A stretch of DNA of 64,000 nt from Selaginella moellendorffii (GCF_000143415.4 NW_003314333.1:571207-635206); one strand, 5' to 3'; shown: positions 10,513 through 24,373, counted from the stretch's first letter. The notes: generated from the letters alone by a model not told the origin. A program made the numbers and translations.

Positions 10513-13245
10513 ATGAATGGTGAGAGCTCGCGAGCATTGTGGCAGCTGAGACAGCTGACCAGGTTGGTGCGATCCTGCGGGAGCTCGAAAAACCTCGCCG
10601 AGGCAAGGCGGCTTCATGCCCGGATTCTCAGGAGCGAGCATCGCAACACCAAGTTCCTGAACGATCAGCTGGTGATCATGTTTGGAAAATGCGGGAGCGT
10701 GGATGATGCTCGCGGGGTTTTTGCTGGCATTGCTGAGCCGGACAGTATCTCCTCAAATAGCATGCTTGCAGCATATGCCCAAAACGGGCATCTTGACGAA
10801 GCTAGAGCCATCTTTGAGGGCATGACTAGTCGGACAGTGGTGTCGTGGAACTCCACTATATCGGCTTACGCCCAGAATCGCAGTTTGAATGACTCAAAAG
10901 CAATGTTTGATGCGATGCCTGAAACTACATATGTTTCGTGGAACACAATGATATCAGCATTTGCCCAAATTGGGCATCTGGAAGAATCGAAGAGACTTTT
11001 TGATTCCATGCCTGAAAGGAGCGAGGTGTCGTGGAATAGCTTGATCGCTGCGTACGCCCACCGGGGCTGTGCGGGAGAAGCCATGGATTGCCTAGAGAGA
11101 ATGCCCGAGTCGAGCGTGGTGTCGTGGAATTCGGCCATGGGTGCGTACATCCAGGCCGGAGAGCTCAAAGGGGCCGTGAAGATCTTCAAGAGCATGCCGG
11201 AGCGCGACTCCATCTCTTGCAACGCAATGCTGGCGGCGTATGCCCAGTCCGAGCAGCCCACCAAGGCAAAGAAGGTGTTTGATCGATACAAGCTTGGCAA
11301 GAGCGTGGTGTCGTGGACTTCTCTTCTCCAGGCAAATGCCATGGCTGGAGATCTGGACGAGGCAAAGATCGTCTTCTTGCTCATGCCGCAGCACGATTTC
11401 ATCTCGTGGACCGCTGTGGCCTCGGCGTTTGGATCGAGTGGTCGCTTGGAGCAGCTGGAGGCGAGCTTGAATGGATCGTCCTCGGCCGAGAAAGAGGGAG
11501 CACAAACGGCGATGGTGGGAAGCTACGCGCAGTGTGGACAAACCGAGAATGCCAAGTCCATCTTCGACACCATGCCCGCTCGCACAATCCTCTCGTGGAG
11601 CAATCTTCTGTCGGGTTATGCCCAGCGCGGGCGGAGTAGCGACGCAAGGATGGTGTTTGCCAAAATGCCGATACACGAGGTGCTGAGCTCCACCGTGATG
11701 ATCTCGAGTTTAGCGCAGAGAGGCGAAGCGCTAGAGGCGAGGGCGATCTTTGATGGAATGGTTGAGCACAGCGACATCACCTGGAACTCTATTCTCTCGG
11801 CCTACGTAGCGGAGGGAGATGTGGAGCAATCCAAGAGGGTGTTTGAGTCCATCCCAGAGAGAGGTATTGTTTCCTGGACTGGAATCCTTCAGGCTTATGC
11901 CGAGACTGGAGATTTGGCACTGGCAAACATGACGTATGATCGAATGCCCGAGCAAGACGTGATTTCGTGCACAACACTAGTCCAAGCATATGCCCAAACG
12001 GGGCATTTGTCAAGAGCAAAAGAGTTGTTTTTGGCCATGCCTCGGCGCGATCGTCTTTCGTGGATGGCGATTCTCACTGGTTTTTCATGTCAGAGAGATG
12101 TTAATTCGGCAAAATTAGCGTTTGATCGCATGCCCGAGCAGGACGAAGTGTCATGCTCGGCTATGATAGCAGCATATGCCGAGAATGGGCATCTTGTAGA
12201 GGCGGAGATTTTGCTTCGGAGCAAGCCCAACCAGCAAATTTTATCATGGACGGCGATCATCACGGCGTACGCACAGCAAGGATTCGTGTCGAAAGCCAAA
12301 GAAACCTTCGAGAGGTTGAAGAATGTCAAGGACGTGATGCTTTGGACTGCGATGATCGTGGTGTATGCTCGAAACGGGCATTGTCGAGAGGCGGTGGTGA
12401 CGTTTGAGACGATGACACAGGAAGGAATGAGACCCGACGAGGTTTGCTTTGTGACGATCCTCACAGCGTGCAGTCACGGTGGTCTTTTAGACGAGAGCCG
12501 GATGTTCTTTCGATCACTAAGAGATTTTGGGATCCAAGCGACGAACCAGCATTACCTCTGCATGATCGACATCCTCGGAAGATTGGGACACCTCGATCGA
12601 GTGGAAGAGCTCCTCCACACCATGCCTTTTGTTCCAGACGAGGAGGCGTGGGGAGGCTTCCTGGGCGCTTGCAAGATGTATGGCGATTTGAATCGAGCTG
12701 ACCAAGTTGCGAGAAGGACCCCTGGACTGAACGCTGCTTCTCACGTATCGCTGAGAAACATGCTTGGAATCGCGGGGAGAACAGAGGACGCAGCAGCCGT
12801 GAGGAAGAAGATGGTTTCTAGCGGCTTGAGCAAGCAGCCCGGGATCAGCCTCATCATCGTCAACAGCGAGATGCACAGCTTCACATCCGGTGACGAATCC
12901 CACCCTCGAATCCACGAGATCCGCGCGGAGCTGCAGAGGCTCACGTCTCAAATGCGCGAGTCAGGCTACGTTCCCGACACGCACGACGTGTTCCATGCAG
13001 TGAGTGAGGCGGGCAAGAGCGAGCTTGTGTGGCACCACAGCGAGAAGCTCGCTATCGCGTTTGGATTGATCAGCACGTCGCCGGGAGTGCCACTGTGGAT
13101 CAGGAAGAACCTCCGCGTGTGCCTCGATTGCCACAGTGCCACCAAGTTCATCTCCAAGGTCACGGGACGGTCAATTGTCGTCCGGGACTCGTACCGGTTT
13201 CACAAGTTCGAGAATGGATCGTGCTCTTGTGGAGATTTCTGGTAA
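10513..13245 (+). CDS. PLS-class pentatricopeptide repeat protein with E and DYW deaminase domain (organellar C-to-U editing factor)
   Basis: Many short PPR repeats (VVSWN..I.AYAQ), PG box, HSEKLA and CLDCH zinc ligands, C-terminus CSCGDFW. Intronless, 910 aa. Confidence 0.95.
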   Translation: MNGESSRALWQLRQLTRLVRSCGSSKNLAEARRLHARILRSEHRNTKFLNDQLVIMFGKCGSVDDARGVFAGIAEPDSISSNSMLAAYAQNGHLDEARAIFEGMTSRTVVSWNSTISAYAQNRSLNDSKAMFDAMPETTYVSWNTMISAFAQIGHLEESKRLFDSMPERSEVSWNSLIAAYAHRGCAGEAMDCLERMPESSVVSWNSAMGAYIQAGELKGAVKIFKSMPERDSISCNAMLAAYAQSEQPTKAKKVFDRYKLGKSVVSWTSLLQANAMAGDLDEAKIVFLLMPQHDFISWTAVASAFGSSGRLEQLEASLNGSSSAEKEGAQTAMVGSYAQCGQTENAKSIFDTMPARTILSWSNLLSGYAQRGRSSDARMVFAKMPIHEVLSSTVMISSLAQRGEALEARAIFDGMVEHSDITWNSILSAYVAEGDVEQSKRVFESIPERGIVSWTGILQAYAETGDLALANMTYDRMPEQDVISCTTLVQAYAQTGHLSRAKELFLAMPRRDRLSWMAILTGFSCQRDVNSAKLAFDRMPEQDEVSCSAMIAAYAENGHLVEAEILLRSKPNQQILSWTAIITAYAQQGFVSKAKETFERLKNVKDVMLWTAMIVVYARNGHCREAVVTFETMTQEGMRPDEVCFVTILTACSHGGLLDESRMFFRSLRDFGIQATNQHYLCMIDILGRLGHLDRVEELLHTMPFVPDEEAWGGFLGACKMYGDLNRADQVARRTPGLNAASHVSLRNMLGIAGRTEDAAAVRKKMVSSGLSKQPGISLIIVNSEMHSFTSGDESHPRIHEIRAELQRLTSQMRESGYVPDTHDVFHAVSEAGKSELVWHHSEKLAIAFGLISTSPGVPLWIRKNLRVCLDCHSATKFISKVTGRSIVVRDSYRFHKFENGSCSCGDFW

Positions 13246-14444
13246 ATCTATATGGTCATAAATATACAATCGTTCTTCTATTACAATCCAAGCCATGCCA
13301 AGAAACTCAACGAGGACGGGGGCTCAATAGTGTCTTATTGCTTCCTGCGTTCTTTCTTCTGGCTGCTCGTTTAGATCCTAATCCGGTGGTAAACTATGCG
13401 ATTTAGCAAGGTATTATTACCGGTCTGCAAGAGTTCATCACCACTGTTCTTCCAAAGCAGTTGTTAATCTTATTTTCATGGACAAGCTTATGCGTTTTGA
13501 GGAGATTTCTTCACATCTACTTAAGAGTCAAAAAACAAAGTTTTCCTATCTGCGAGATAAGTGTCTAAAGGATTGTATTTGTAGCATCTGTCAAGAGAGC
13601 ATTGGAGATGAGCTCCACTAAACATTGTTATAGAATATCCCCAGGAAAGAAGGATCAAAGTTGAAAAATGACAGACTAGAAAAAGTAAAGAAATGAGAAA
13701 AGAAATGCAGACTACAGCATTGCCTATCAATTGCATCAAGCAACATATTGTCAGCTTCCACAGCTATATATGACATCTCTTCTTGTGCAAACATACAGAA
13801 ATCTATGATAAATAACTTTTAACAAGAAGTAGTTAATTATCATTTTGTAAAGTAAACCAATTAAAAAATGAGTAATTACTTTAATTAGCAACACTGTTTA
13901 TTTCTAGATTTATATGCTTATTTTGAAATTAGAAATAAAAATTAAAATTTATAATATTAAATAAAATATAATAATTTACATTTTTAACATGAAAATTTAG
14001 AAAATCAATATTTGTTATGTCTAAATTAAATTTAATGAGATATTTCTAAATTTGAAATTATTATTAATATTTTTTTGATTAGGGTAAAACATAAGTGCTC
14101 TAGCGATAGATTATGACAAGAAACCTTAGTTTTAGTGTTTTTTCCATTATTAAAATATACTGCTAGTTACTTGGAAATTTATTTACTTTAATTTGATTTT
14201 ATAATTATAATTAATATCAATACAATATCAATACAATCATATAATCTAAAAAATAAATTAGAAAACTAAAAGATCATATATATAACTTTTTGGAATCCAT
14301 GTTTTAATGAATAGAGTGGAATTTTTAATACTTTTTTTTATAAAAAAGATATTTAATATTTGTACATATTTATATTGATAAATGGTTTTATAAACAGTAA
14401 TAATTTCTTGTACATTATGTTTTTGATTTTCTTCATCTAGAAAT

Positions 14445-14585
14445 CCCATAAATAAGAATGCACTCCTTTTTTTCTAATTGGTTATGGGTATTAAGATACT
14501 TGAGGTTAATCATCCTTAGATTTAAATAGTACTAGCTTAGGACAAAGATTAAGGATCCTTAGGTTTAAATAATACTAGCTTAGAT
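14445..14585 (+). mobile_element. Highly decayed Cassandra LTR fragment
   Basis: aagaatgcactcc...ttggtt...aatagtactagc matches the reverse complement of the LTR at 531-725 with C>T/G>A changes. Confidence 0.55.
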
Positions 14586-16986
14586 GACAGAGATTAAATA
14601 GCTTTTGAAAAACTTTCTTATATGTTCTTTTGTTCCTCTTTTATTCTCTCTCAACTTCTACAATCACATAAATTCCAACTCTAAGCAATTGTATTATAAT
14701 GAACAATCTTTCTAAAAAAGTTAAGAAGAAGACTTTTTTGGCATACTCAAAATTATAAATTTGAAGACTCACTAGCTTTTTTATCTCTTCTATAATGATC
14801 TTTGTATAGTGAGTTTTTTAAATAGTGGAATTGGAGAGATCCAAACTCTTGAAATTGAAGTCTTCAATTCTGAAGCTAACAAGCTTTGAATCCTTGCAAA
14901 ACTTGAAGCTAAGAGGTTATGAGTTGATTGAAAATCCTTAAGATCTCATATTTGTATCTATAGTTATAGGTGGGTATTGATATATAAGTGTTCATTCCCA
15001 ACTGTTGTTAAGCATTGTCTACAACCATAAATTTTCTTTGGTTTACTTAAATAGTAATGGATATACCTAAAATATACATAGATATTCTAGCTATTTATAC
15101 ATTTATAGTTTATAAATTTTCTTAAACACCTATAGTTATAATTACAAACTCTCTAGTTTGGTGTGTACACCAATATAACACTACGTATTGCTCCATGGAA
15201 TTAGGTATTCATCTCTTGCAAAGTTCACCTTAAGGTGTTAATATGCCTCACTTATAAGCCCAAGTGTAAAACAAAATACCTCTAAATCCATCTAATAAGC
15301 CCAAGGATCAACAAGAATTAAGAGGAAGAAGGAAGAAATTGTAAGTGATTTCTGTAGATTGAACCCTTGTCCTTTGGGAAAAACTTTCCTTCCTAAGCTC
15401 TTATCATACCACCAAAAATCCAAAGATGGAATGATTAGATAGCATTAAATTCCATAGATAAGGGTGCAAATGATTATACATGCTTTTGACTTTAGTTTTT
15501 TTGTTTTATTTCAAGAGTTATGCTTTCCATTGGGGTTCTTTTAGTTAGTAATTAATCACCTTAACCCACTCAAGCAATGAGAAATTTGGTATCTCCATAC
15601 TATTGGTTCTATGAGCATATCCTTACAATTCATTCCACTTGTGTTTAACACTATACTAAGATTTGTAAATTTAAAGAAACAAATATATTTATTTTGGCAC
15701 CATTTATCTCTATTGAAATTTTAGTCTAAAATATATATGAACAAACAATAGATAATATAAATATTATATATTATATTTTAATAATATATATTATATTATA
15801 GCATAGTATAGTATAGTTTTTAAATAAATAAAAAAACTAAGTATTGGTGCAATCTAACATGCAACAAATTTATATAGCATTTAAATACCATCTATGTTTA
15901 TTATAGATCTATCAGAATATAAACAAAATAATATATCATGTCTCTATTCTTTATAATTCAGTTTATTTTTTCTTAATTATCTTATTTATTTAAAAAATAT
16001 ATATAATACAATAAGAAAGAAACAGATTTATTGTGTTATATATATAAATATACATAGATAAAAAATATATAAGTAAATCATTATTTTTGAATAGATTTTT
16101 GTTGTAGGAATATAGTATTAATTATTGGATAGAATGTCAAAAATATTTTTATATTAGTATATATAAATTTGAAGGTCATAAATTTAGCATCATTCAAAGC
16201 TTTACCATTTCCTTAGAATAAAGTGTAGTGTTGAAAAGCTTAAAAGCTTCAAATACTAAGGAAGTATCCTCGAGAAACCTATCCTTTAAATATTGGATGA
16301 CCTTCTCTTTATGTAACCTAACTTAATTCCCATATCATTGTTCATCCAATCTAAATGGTAAAGAACATCATCCTTATAATAAAGTTTTCCATTATTATCA
16401 ACAAGCATCTTCCAAAAAGTTGTGAAATTATGTGTTTCAACTCTGATTAGTTCTTAAAACTAGACCCTCAGAATATTGATCATTCTTGTAACTATTGACA
16501 AGATTGCTAAAAGCCCAAGGTTCCTATTTTGAAACCTTTTGTTCAACATACTCAACTCATTAAATACGTCAACAAAAAACTGAAAGAAGATTTATACCTC
16601 TAATCTCTTGAACTCTCCAAAAAAATTTGTCTAATCAATTGTCTCCTATAACCATAAAAGAGTTTGCATCACTTGAACAAGACATAAAATCAATTTGCCT
16701 CAAAACAACTACTGAATGTTGTAAATATAAAGTAAATTGAACTTATTCAACTTAAAATCTCTTGGTGTTTTTAAAAAAAGTTCTACTTGTTAAGAAAAAT
16801 GTCTAGTTTAGCCACCAACATATTTTGCACTCACCTCAAGCTCTTTAAAATAGTTGAAAGAGTTATTCACAACTAAATCTTCTTTATATGTTACACAATC
16901 TATTAGTACAATATATGGGATAATGTAATAACTACATTAAAAAGAGTTTTGCCAATCCATCTTTGATGAAGATTAGTGTTAAATAC

Positions 16987-17545
16987 TGTAAGCTCTTGAA
17001 TTTAAACTTCCCAGAAGGTTACTTAGCCCAATACTATTTAAAACCAAAGACATGTAACCTCAAATATCTTAAAACCCTTAAGAAAATGTGCATTTTAATT
17101 TATGGGTCCTTTCTCTTTATATTTAAAATTTTATGGATTTTCTTTTCTTTGGTTACTTATTATCCACCATGCTTTCTTACAAGTTCACGCCCTTATGAAC
17201 GAAAATTAAGAGCCGTAACTTTCTCAAGAGCCTCGCACTTTTGACACCCTACCCTTTAGGTTGAATTTAGTTGAAGTAAACTAGCTTTATTAGATGTCAA
17301 TTGATATATGGTATAATTTTCCTAACAAACTAATAAAGTCAGACCTAAGACCCTTTCTAATACCAAATGTAAACTCCTGAAGTTAGGTCATCTAATCTAA
17401 TACTATTCAAACTTAAAAACACGTAAACCCAAATATCCTAATACCTTTAAGTAATTGAAAAAAAAAGGTGTACACTTAGGTCTTTTCTCTTTATATATAA
17501 ACCATTATAGACTATCTTTTGAGTTGTTCTCTTTTTTTACTTACA
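16987..17545 (-). mobile_element. Decayed Cassandra TRIM, two LTRs
   Basis: TGTAAG start, second LTR at 17368 preceded by the PBS remnant taataccaaa, CTTACA end. Flanks aatac/aacat are compatible with a deaminated TSD. Confidence 0.8.
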
Positions 17546-18029
17546 AACATTTAGTTACAAGCTCACTTGGTAAGAGGAACTTCACATAAATGATAAAATA
17601 ATATTCCAATCTATTATTTATAATTCATTAAGTAAAATGCTATAGAAAAGACTTACAAGAAGCTCCTTTATAAGAACTTGATAAAAGGATCTATGAGTAG
17701 TAAGTAAAAAAGATTTATAACTTTTCATATTTATATAAGTTGCATATTGTGGCATGTTAGATGTCCCAATAAATCTATAAAATGAGCAATCCAATGAATA
17801 ATCTATATTAAACTTCTTGATCAAATCCCTTTTTTGTGCAATTCAATACTCTATTTTCACCAAAGTCATTATATATTATTATTTTTAAGAGCTTATAATC
17901 TTTAAATGCTCAAGTATTACTTGCTCCTGTTCTTTTTATATTTCTTTTTAGCTACAATATGATCCTCAAATTTGGTATGAGTCTTAATTGCTCCTTTTCA
18001 CAATATTGTAAAACTTTTTGCTAAAAAGA

Positions 18030-19132
18030 TGTAGCATATGTGGTTTTTACCCTTTATCCTAATTTGATTTACCATAAGATAATCACGAAGTAGAACCTAA
18101 GCCCTCCATATGCCATACATGTCCAAAGGATAGTGGTGCAAAACTTGAGTTTTAGGGCTTTTGACCACTAAATGAAGGAACGATGCCAAACTCCTAAGCA
18201 CGGAGCCAAGAAATGACTCCCAAACATACAACCTAAGGAGTGAAGGGACAGAAGCACGGAGTGACTTTGGAATAGTATTAGAGCATCTAGCATCCCAATG
18301 CTAGGATTAACATGTAAAATGGAGCCAAACAAAGTTTGGTGATATTTTAGCATATCGGTGGCCTAACGCAAGGATATAGGTGCTCCATTAGCTAGCATGG
18401 TGTGGAACTTGGGCTTAAACCCAATTCAAACGCAAAACAAGGACAGACACACAAGTGGGAGTTAAACTATGCCTCAGGTTGGTCAGCCATACCTAACTTA
18501 CCCACTATCCCTACTATACATTTAGAACCCCCCATAGCAACCCTCACCCCCTTTAAGGAACACATGCTTTAGACTTTCACCCCAAGCCTCCTTTAGTATC
18601 AGGAGTTAGTCTCTTGGACAAACTTGAAATTTACTAAATATAGAATGTTCTTAGATTGTGAATTTGGATATGGAACGAACACCATTGTGTTTAGGACGAT
18701 CTTTACATTCCATAGATATACTAAATGAGTGAATCTAAACACTTTCCGTGAATAGTATTTAGGACTAAAATGAGACAAATACAAAAGGCATGATAGTGAG
18801 GGTGTTTGACAAACACGGTAAGCTATCATATAGTGAATATTGAGGGATCAATCTCAATATCATGGGGGTTCTTGATACTAGCAAGTGCAAGCCAATGACA
18901 AAAGTTTCTCAAATCAAGCCGAGTATGCTTAGCAAGAAACACATAGAGTTCCTACCTTATGTTTATCCAATTTAAGTGCATGGTCATTGATTTTAGTTTC
19001 TCAACTAACTCAAGTGGGAATTGATAATGGGTCCAGCAATACCAACCTCCCACCGTCACAGCAATAAGGAAAGAATATCCGAAAGGACTAGCCGACAGAT
19101 AACTTTCGATACTTGAAATCACATTTGCGACA
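18030..19132. mobile_element. Solo LTR, copy A (~1.1 kb)
   Basis: TG...CA ends, TSD aaaga/aaaaa, collinear with 19155-20281. Confidence 0.75.
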
Positions 19133-19154
19133 AAAAATATTCTCCTTTTTAAAC

Positions 19155-20281
19155 TATAGCATATGTGGTTTTTACCCTTTATCCTATAGTGATTTACTAT
19201 AAAATAACCATGAAGTGAACCTAAACCCTCCATATGCCATATGTCACATGCCATGGGCCACATGCCACGTGTCAAAAGGACAATGGTGTGGAACTCACAT
19301 TTCAGGGCCTTAGGCCACTGAACGAAAGAACAGTGCCAAATTCCCAAGCATGGAGTTGAGGAGTGATGGCACTAGAGCATAGAATGACTTGGGAGCATAC
19401 AGTCTAAGGAGTGAAGGGATAGGAGCATGAAGCAACTTAGAACAGTCTTAGAGTATCCATCATCCCAATGCTAGGACCAGCATGCAAAACTAAGGTAAAT
19501 GGGGTCTAGTGCTATTTTCACATACTGGTGGCCTAATGCGAGGATATGGGTACTCCACCGACTAGCATGGAATGGAACTTGGGCTTAGACCTAAGTCGGA
19601 TGCAAAACAAGGATAAATATGTGAGTGAGAGCTAGATTATGCCTCAGGTTGGTCGGCCATACTTGACTTACCCACTATCCCTACTATACATTTGGAACCC
19701 TCCATATTTTCCCCCCCCCCCGAAGAATACATGCTTTGGGCTTTCACCTCAAGCCTACCTTAGTATCAAGAGTTAGTCTTTGGGATCTGGACAAATTTAA
19801 AACTTACTAAATATAGAGTCCCTAAATTGCGAATTTAGATGCGGGATTGTGTTCAAAACAACGTCTACATTCCGTAGATATGCCAAATGAGCAAATTTAA
19901 ACACTTTCTATAAATAGCATTTAGGACCGGAATGAGACTAACACAAAAGGCATGATAGCAAAGGTGTTTGGTAAACATGGTAAGTTATCATCTAGCAATA
20001 TTGAGGGACTAGTTTCAATACGCAAGGGTTCTTATCACTAGCCAGTGCAAGACACAACAAAACAAAAACTCCTTACCAAGCTATAATAGCATGTAGGAAT
20101 TCCGTCCTTATGCTCGTTTGGTCTAAGTACACTCGAAATGGCCAGTTAATTCCATTAGCACAAGAGGGACTGATGAAGGGTCCAGCAATACTGACTTTTT
20201 GCCATCATGGCAGTAAGGAAAGAGTGTCTATAAGGACTAGCCGACATATAACTTTCAATATTTGAAGTCATATTTGCGACA
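19155..20281. mobile_element. Solo LTR, copy B of the same family
   Basis: T(G>A)TAGC...GCGACA ends, perfect TSD TAAAC (19150-19154 and 20282-20286). Confidence 0.8.
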
Positions 20282-21196
20282 TAAACTCAATGAAATAGGA
20301 GCACTTCTTAACTCTAAAAATCAAAGGATAAACGAATTGTTAATGCTCTTTGAACTGTCAAAGCATTTCCCCCACTCTCTTTAATTTGGTATAATGCCTT
20401 AGAAGAACTATTAGTTGAAATAAAAATAAAATTATCTAGAGTTGATTATTCCTTAGTGTTATCTAAACCATGAGAGTTTAACCCTATATTTATGTTTTCA
20501 TAATTAAAACCTATTAAAAAAATAGAATTTTATATTAATACTTTTATTTTGAAAGTTTTTTTTTCATTATAGAATTTCTTTAAAAAGGGTTAATTAAAAT
20601 TTATTATTCTATAAAAGTTTAAATAGCTCTTGAAGGGATGATAGAGAAATTGATTAGTTGACCAACTGCTATTCAGAATGATTAAGTCTAACCATGGATC
20701 TCTTCTCACTAAAACATTTTGGTTTTGACCAAGTATATAGCTATATAGCCATATGGTTTATAATTTTGTTTATAATAAAATAATTAAAATGATATTGTAG
20801 AAGTAGGATTACTAAAAGGAGAAAGATTAAATTACTCTGGTGTAAGTGATTAAATTTTTAGTCACTTAACCATATATTTAACCACTTTAAGGAATCTCAC
20901 TCACAACCTTTAAATCATTATCCTAACTTGGGGGTACTTGCTAAAACTACCAACAATGGCTTCAAAGCCATATTGACTTCATATTTAGTTCAAGTGCTCC
21001 ATGTGTCAAAGTCCAACACATCCAAAGATACTATTGCCAATTTAGGGTTTAAAATTTCTAAATAAGTTAGGTATATTCTAAAACATTAAAGGTTATTTCT
21101 CTTCCATTTGACATATGTCATACTTCTGTATAAAAAATACAGATATATAACCTAATATTAAAATTGTTCTACAATATTTTTATTATATATGTTATT

Positions 21197-22030
21197 ATGG
21201 CTTTATATTACTTAATCCTATTTATTTTATTATTTTTTCATCTTCAAAGTTTAAGTTGTAGTTATATGGAAGCTGATTTTGGAAAAGAGAATGAAATAAA
21301 TTCTCATGATATGAATTTAATTTGGATAGGATTTCCAAATTTAATAGGAAAAATAACTCATACAAATTTAGAAAGATACCCACCAGAATGGTATAATATA
21401 GATTACGTTCTTCTGTCAAGAGGAATGGCAGTTATTAAAATAATATGAACATGTGGTGCATATAGTACAGCTAAACCAGAAAATGTATATAAAGGTTTTA
21501 ATAGTATTTTAAAAGGAAGTAAAAGTATTTTAATTGCAAAAGCTGCAGAATGGGCTATTTTTAAAGCACAAACATGCACTATTTATTATAGTTTAGATGG
21601 TCAATCTGAACCTGAGCAATTCTACAATAGAAACTATAATACAAACTCATTCTCCACATGTAATATATTTGTCAGCAGTTTAATAAGTAGAAAACCTTTT
21701 AATACTTTATTTTCTACAAATTTCTTAATTTCTCCAAACCATAGAAACATATTATATTTACAAAGTGATTGCAACCTAGTTTTATTTTCAGGAGTAAATA
21801 AAATTTGGGATTCTAAATAAGGAAGAAACAGGTTTTTATTTTGTAAATTTAGGATACAAAACAATGGAAATCTGATTTTATTATCAAATGACAAGATAGA
21901 ATGGTTTATGATTAATAAATATTGTCTACAAAGTTTAAAGTAAGATTGTTATAATAACTCTATACTTAAAGTTCAAGATGATTGTAATATAGTAATATAT
22001 TCTTTAAAATCTCCAAATATTCCTACATGA
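21197..22030 (+). pseudogene. Secreted protein with C-terminal bulb-type (B) mannose-binding lectin domain, AT-degraded with stops
   Basis: Signal-peptide-like start. In-frame QSDCNLVLF, QNNGNLIL and QDDCNIVIY (QxDxNxVxY) motifs. Several in-frame stops. Confidence 0.65.
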
Positions 22031-22337
22031 GATACAAAGAAAAATAATCATAAATTATGCCTACCTAATTAAAGATAAAGTTTTTGTATCATAATTTGTG
22101 CACAACAAACTGAGTAGTTTTTTAAAGAGTTGAGTGAGAAGTCTCAACGCTAGCTCTTTCCTCGGGTGTCTTGGTGCACTTAAGCGGCCTTAAGTTGTGG
22201 ACATGGAGCACACTGGTTGGGACATCTTTGTGCTTGAGTAAGTCCTCTACAAATGCTTGTTTGGCTTCCACTTCAGCCACTATCACATGGCACCCTTTCG
22301 GCTCCACTTTTGGGGCTCTAGGATTTGTGTCTCACAC

Positions 22338-23142
22338 AACCTCTATTGGAACAGGACTATCTCCTTTAAGAAGTGAAGTGAAAGGACATATAGCGAGAAG
22401 TGGAAAATGTGATATTTCATAATGTTATGCCAAGTGAAGAGTATTATCAAGGGTGACTAAAGTAAGTGCATGCACAAGTCTTATAAGATCTTGATGAAGT
22501 ATTAGCCACAACATTCCCAACTTGATTCGCTTTGATATATTTGGCTCCATATGAAGCAAAAGGCTCCAAAAATGAATGCCAAATTGCATTACTAACTCAG
22601 ATAACCCTTAATGAAGATAATGCAGTTGTTGGAAAGCATTATCACAATTGTTAGCTTATCCAAATGGGCATTTGAAGATATCTAAAAGAATTCTTTAATC
22701 TACATAAGTGCTTACATTAAATTACATTACATTACAACACCGTCCCTTGGAAACATGTGGGAAACTCATGCAAATACCAAATATTATCCCAAGAATGATA
22801 TATAGCAATCACTATAAAGTGATGGAACCAATGGTATATATCATCCTTAGGATTTCCACAGAAGAACTCCAGTCATACACAAGGATTGGCAGTAAGAGCA
22901 AGAGGAGGTGTACCATGTGCTTAGGATGTTGCCATCAATTGAGCTTAATTATTTAATTGCAACTATATAGCATTGAGCAACTGCACCAACTATTGCTCTA
23001 GAGTCAAAAGAGGAGGAAGCTATTACTCTGCCTTAAAGATGAATGAAAAAGAAAAAAAAAAAAAAAGAAATTGGAAAAGTTATAGGGAAAGTGAGATCTA
23101 GACAATGTAAAAGTTAAATCTAAACCAAAATCCCAAATGTCC
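22338..23142 (-). mobile_element. Decayed 5'UTR/gag fragment of the same family as the 4799-9830 element
   Basis: Reverse complement aligns by eye to about positions 5100-5912. Confidence 0.75.
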
Positions 23143-23270
23143 AATGTGGAAGAACTCATTGCCACCATGCCATTCATCCCCGACAAGGTGGCATGGAGGA
23201 TGCTGCTAGTGGCATGCACAAAGACATGAGCCGTGCCGCGCATATGTTGTGGCAGTAGACCCAAGTATTC
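23143..23270 (+). pseudogene. PPR/E-domain fragment
   Basis: Reads NVEELIATMPFIPDKVAWRMLLVAC, similar to VEELLHTMPFVPDEEAWGGFLGAC of the DYW gene. Confidence 0.6.
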
Positions 23271-23804
23271 TCAAACAAGAAATATTCTTAAAGAGGAGAA
23301 TAGAGAATATTCCTGCCTTGGTGGATCATTAAATTTCACCATCTTGACAGATCGCTGCGAACTGTTACCATAAGGATATTCTGGCAACTTTCTACTAGAC
23401 ATCATCAAAGTGGATGAAGGTCTCCAGTCACCAACAAGTTTTCAGCTTAGGGTTTGGATGAATGTGACACAAGAGGAGTAAGAAACTGGTTCAAGTTTCA
23501 CACAGGTACAAGACTCTAATGAGTGAAGGGCAGGCTTTTGCCCATCCTCTCGCACTGGTAGAGGAGCTCGCACTGCCATCCTGTGGGGAAATAGAACGGC
23601 TGTTCATCCAGCAACAGGAACTCATTCAGGATAAAAACATGAATTGTTTCCAAATGAGTAACACGTTTGGACTAAAAGCTTTGACTTGGACAGTCAAGAA
23701 TAGGAGTGGAACTCCCAACGAAGTGCTCAAGGAACAAGCATGAAGCAAGCAGTAAGTGAGTCTCTAGAAAAGGGACATAAAAGGACTAACACATAACATG
23801 TGGA

Positions 23805-24373
23805 AGAGTCCAAGATAGATCTGAGATGGAGTACGAGATGGAATCCAAGATGGACTCAAGATGGAGTACAAGATAGAGTCCGAAATGGAACCGAGATGGA
23901 GTCTGAGATGGACCTGAGATGGAGTCTGAGATGAACTGAGATGGAGTCCGAGATGGACTCAAAATGGAGTCTGAGATGGAGTTTGAGATGAACCCGAGAT
24001 GGAGTCTGAGATGGAACCGAGACCGAGACCGAGACCGAGACCGAGTTCGAGTCCAAAATCGAGACCGAGACCAAGTCTAAGTCCGAGTTTGAATACTAAT
24101 ATAGGCTGTTAGGTGAAAGCCCAAAGCAATCGTCCAAAAGTATAGTAGGGAGAGTGTGGGGGTTGGACCCAGTGGAGCCAATTTGGCCAATTTGGCTAGT
24201 GTAACCCAGGAAGGTTATGCCCATAGGCTGGGTGATGATATATCCATTGAGGAGTCCAAAACTAAAGTCAATTCAGATAGATAAGTGGGGTAACTTGGTG
24301 AAGTGTTCAAAAGTCGGCTCTAGTTCCCTCAAGAGATCAAATGGTCAATATTTTCAATCCAAGCATGGGTGGC
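23805..24373 (+). repeat. Left part of an older chromovirus-related LTR with 6/12-bp tandem repeats; appears to continue after 44686
   Basis: gagatggagtcc/gagacc arrays followed by actaata..ggtgaaagcccaaagc and ccaaaagtatagtag, as in the LTR at 24711. Confidence 0.6.

Noticed and set aside
10665-12951. Many antisense or overlapping ORFs over the PPR genes, pol and cargo gene
   Set aside because: Shadow ORFs of GC-rich coding sequence with no recognisable motifs.
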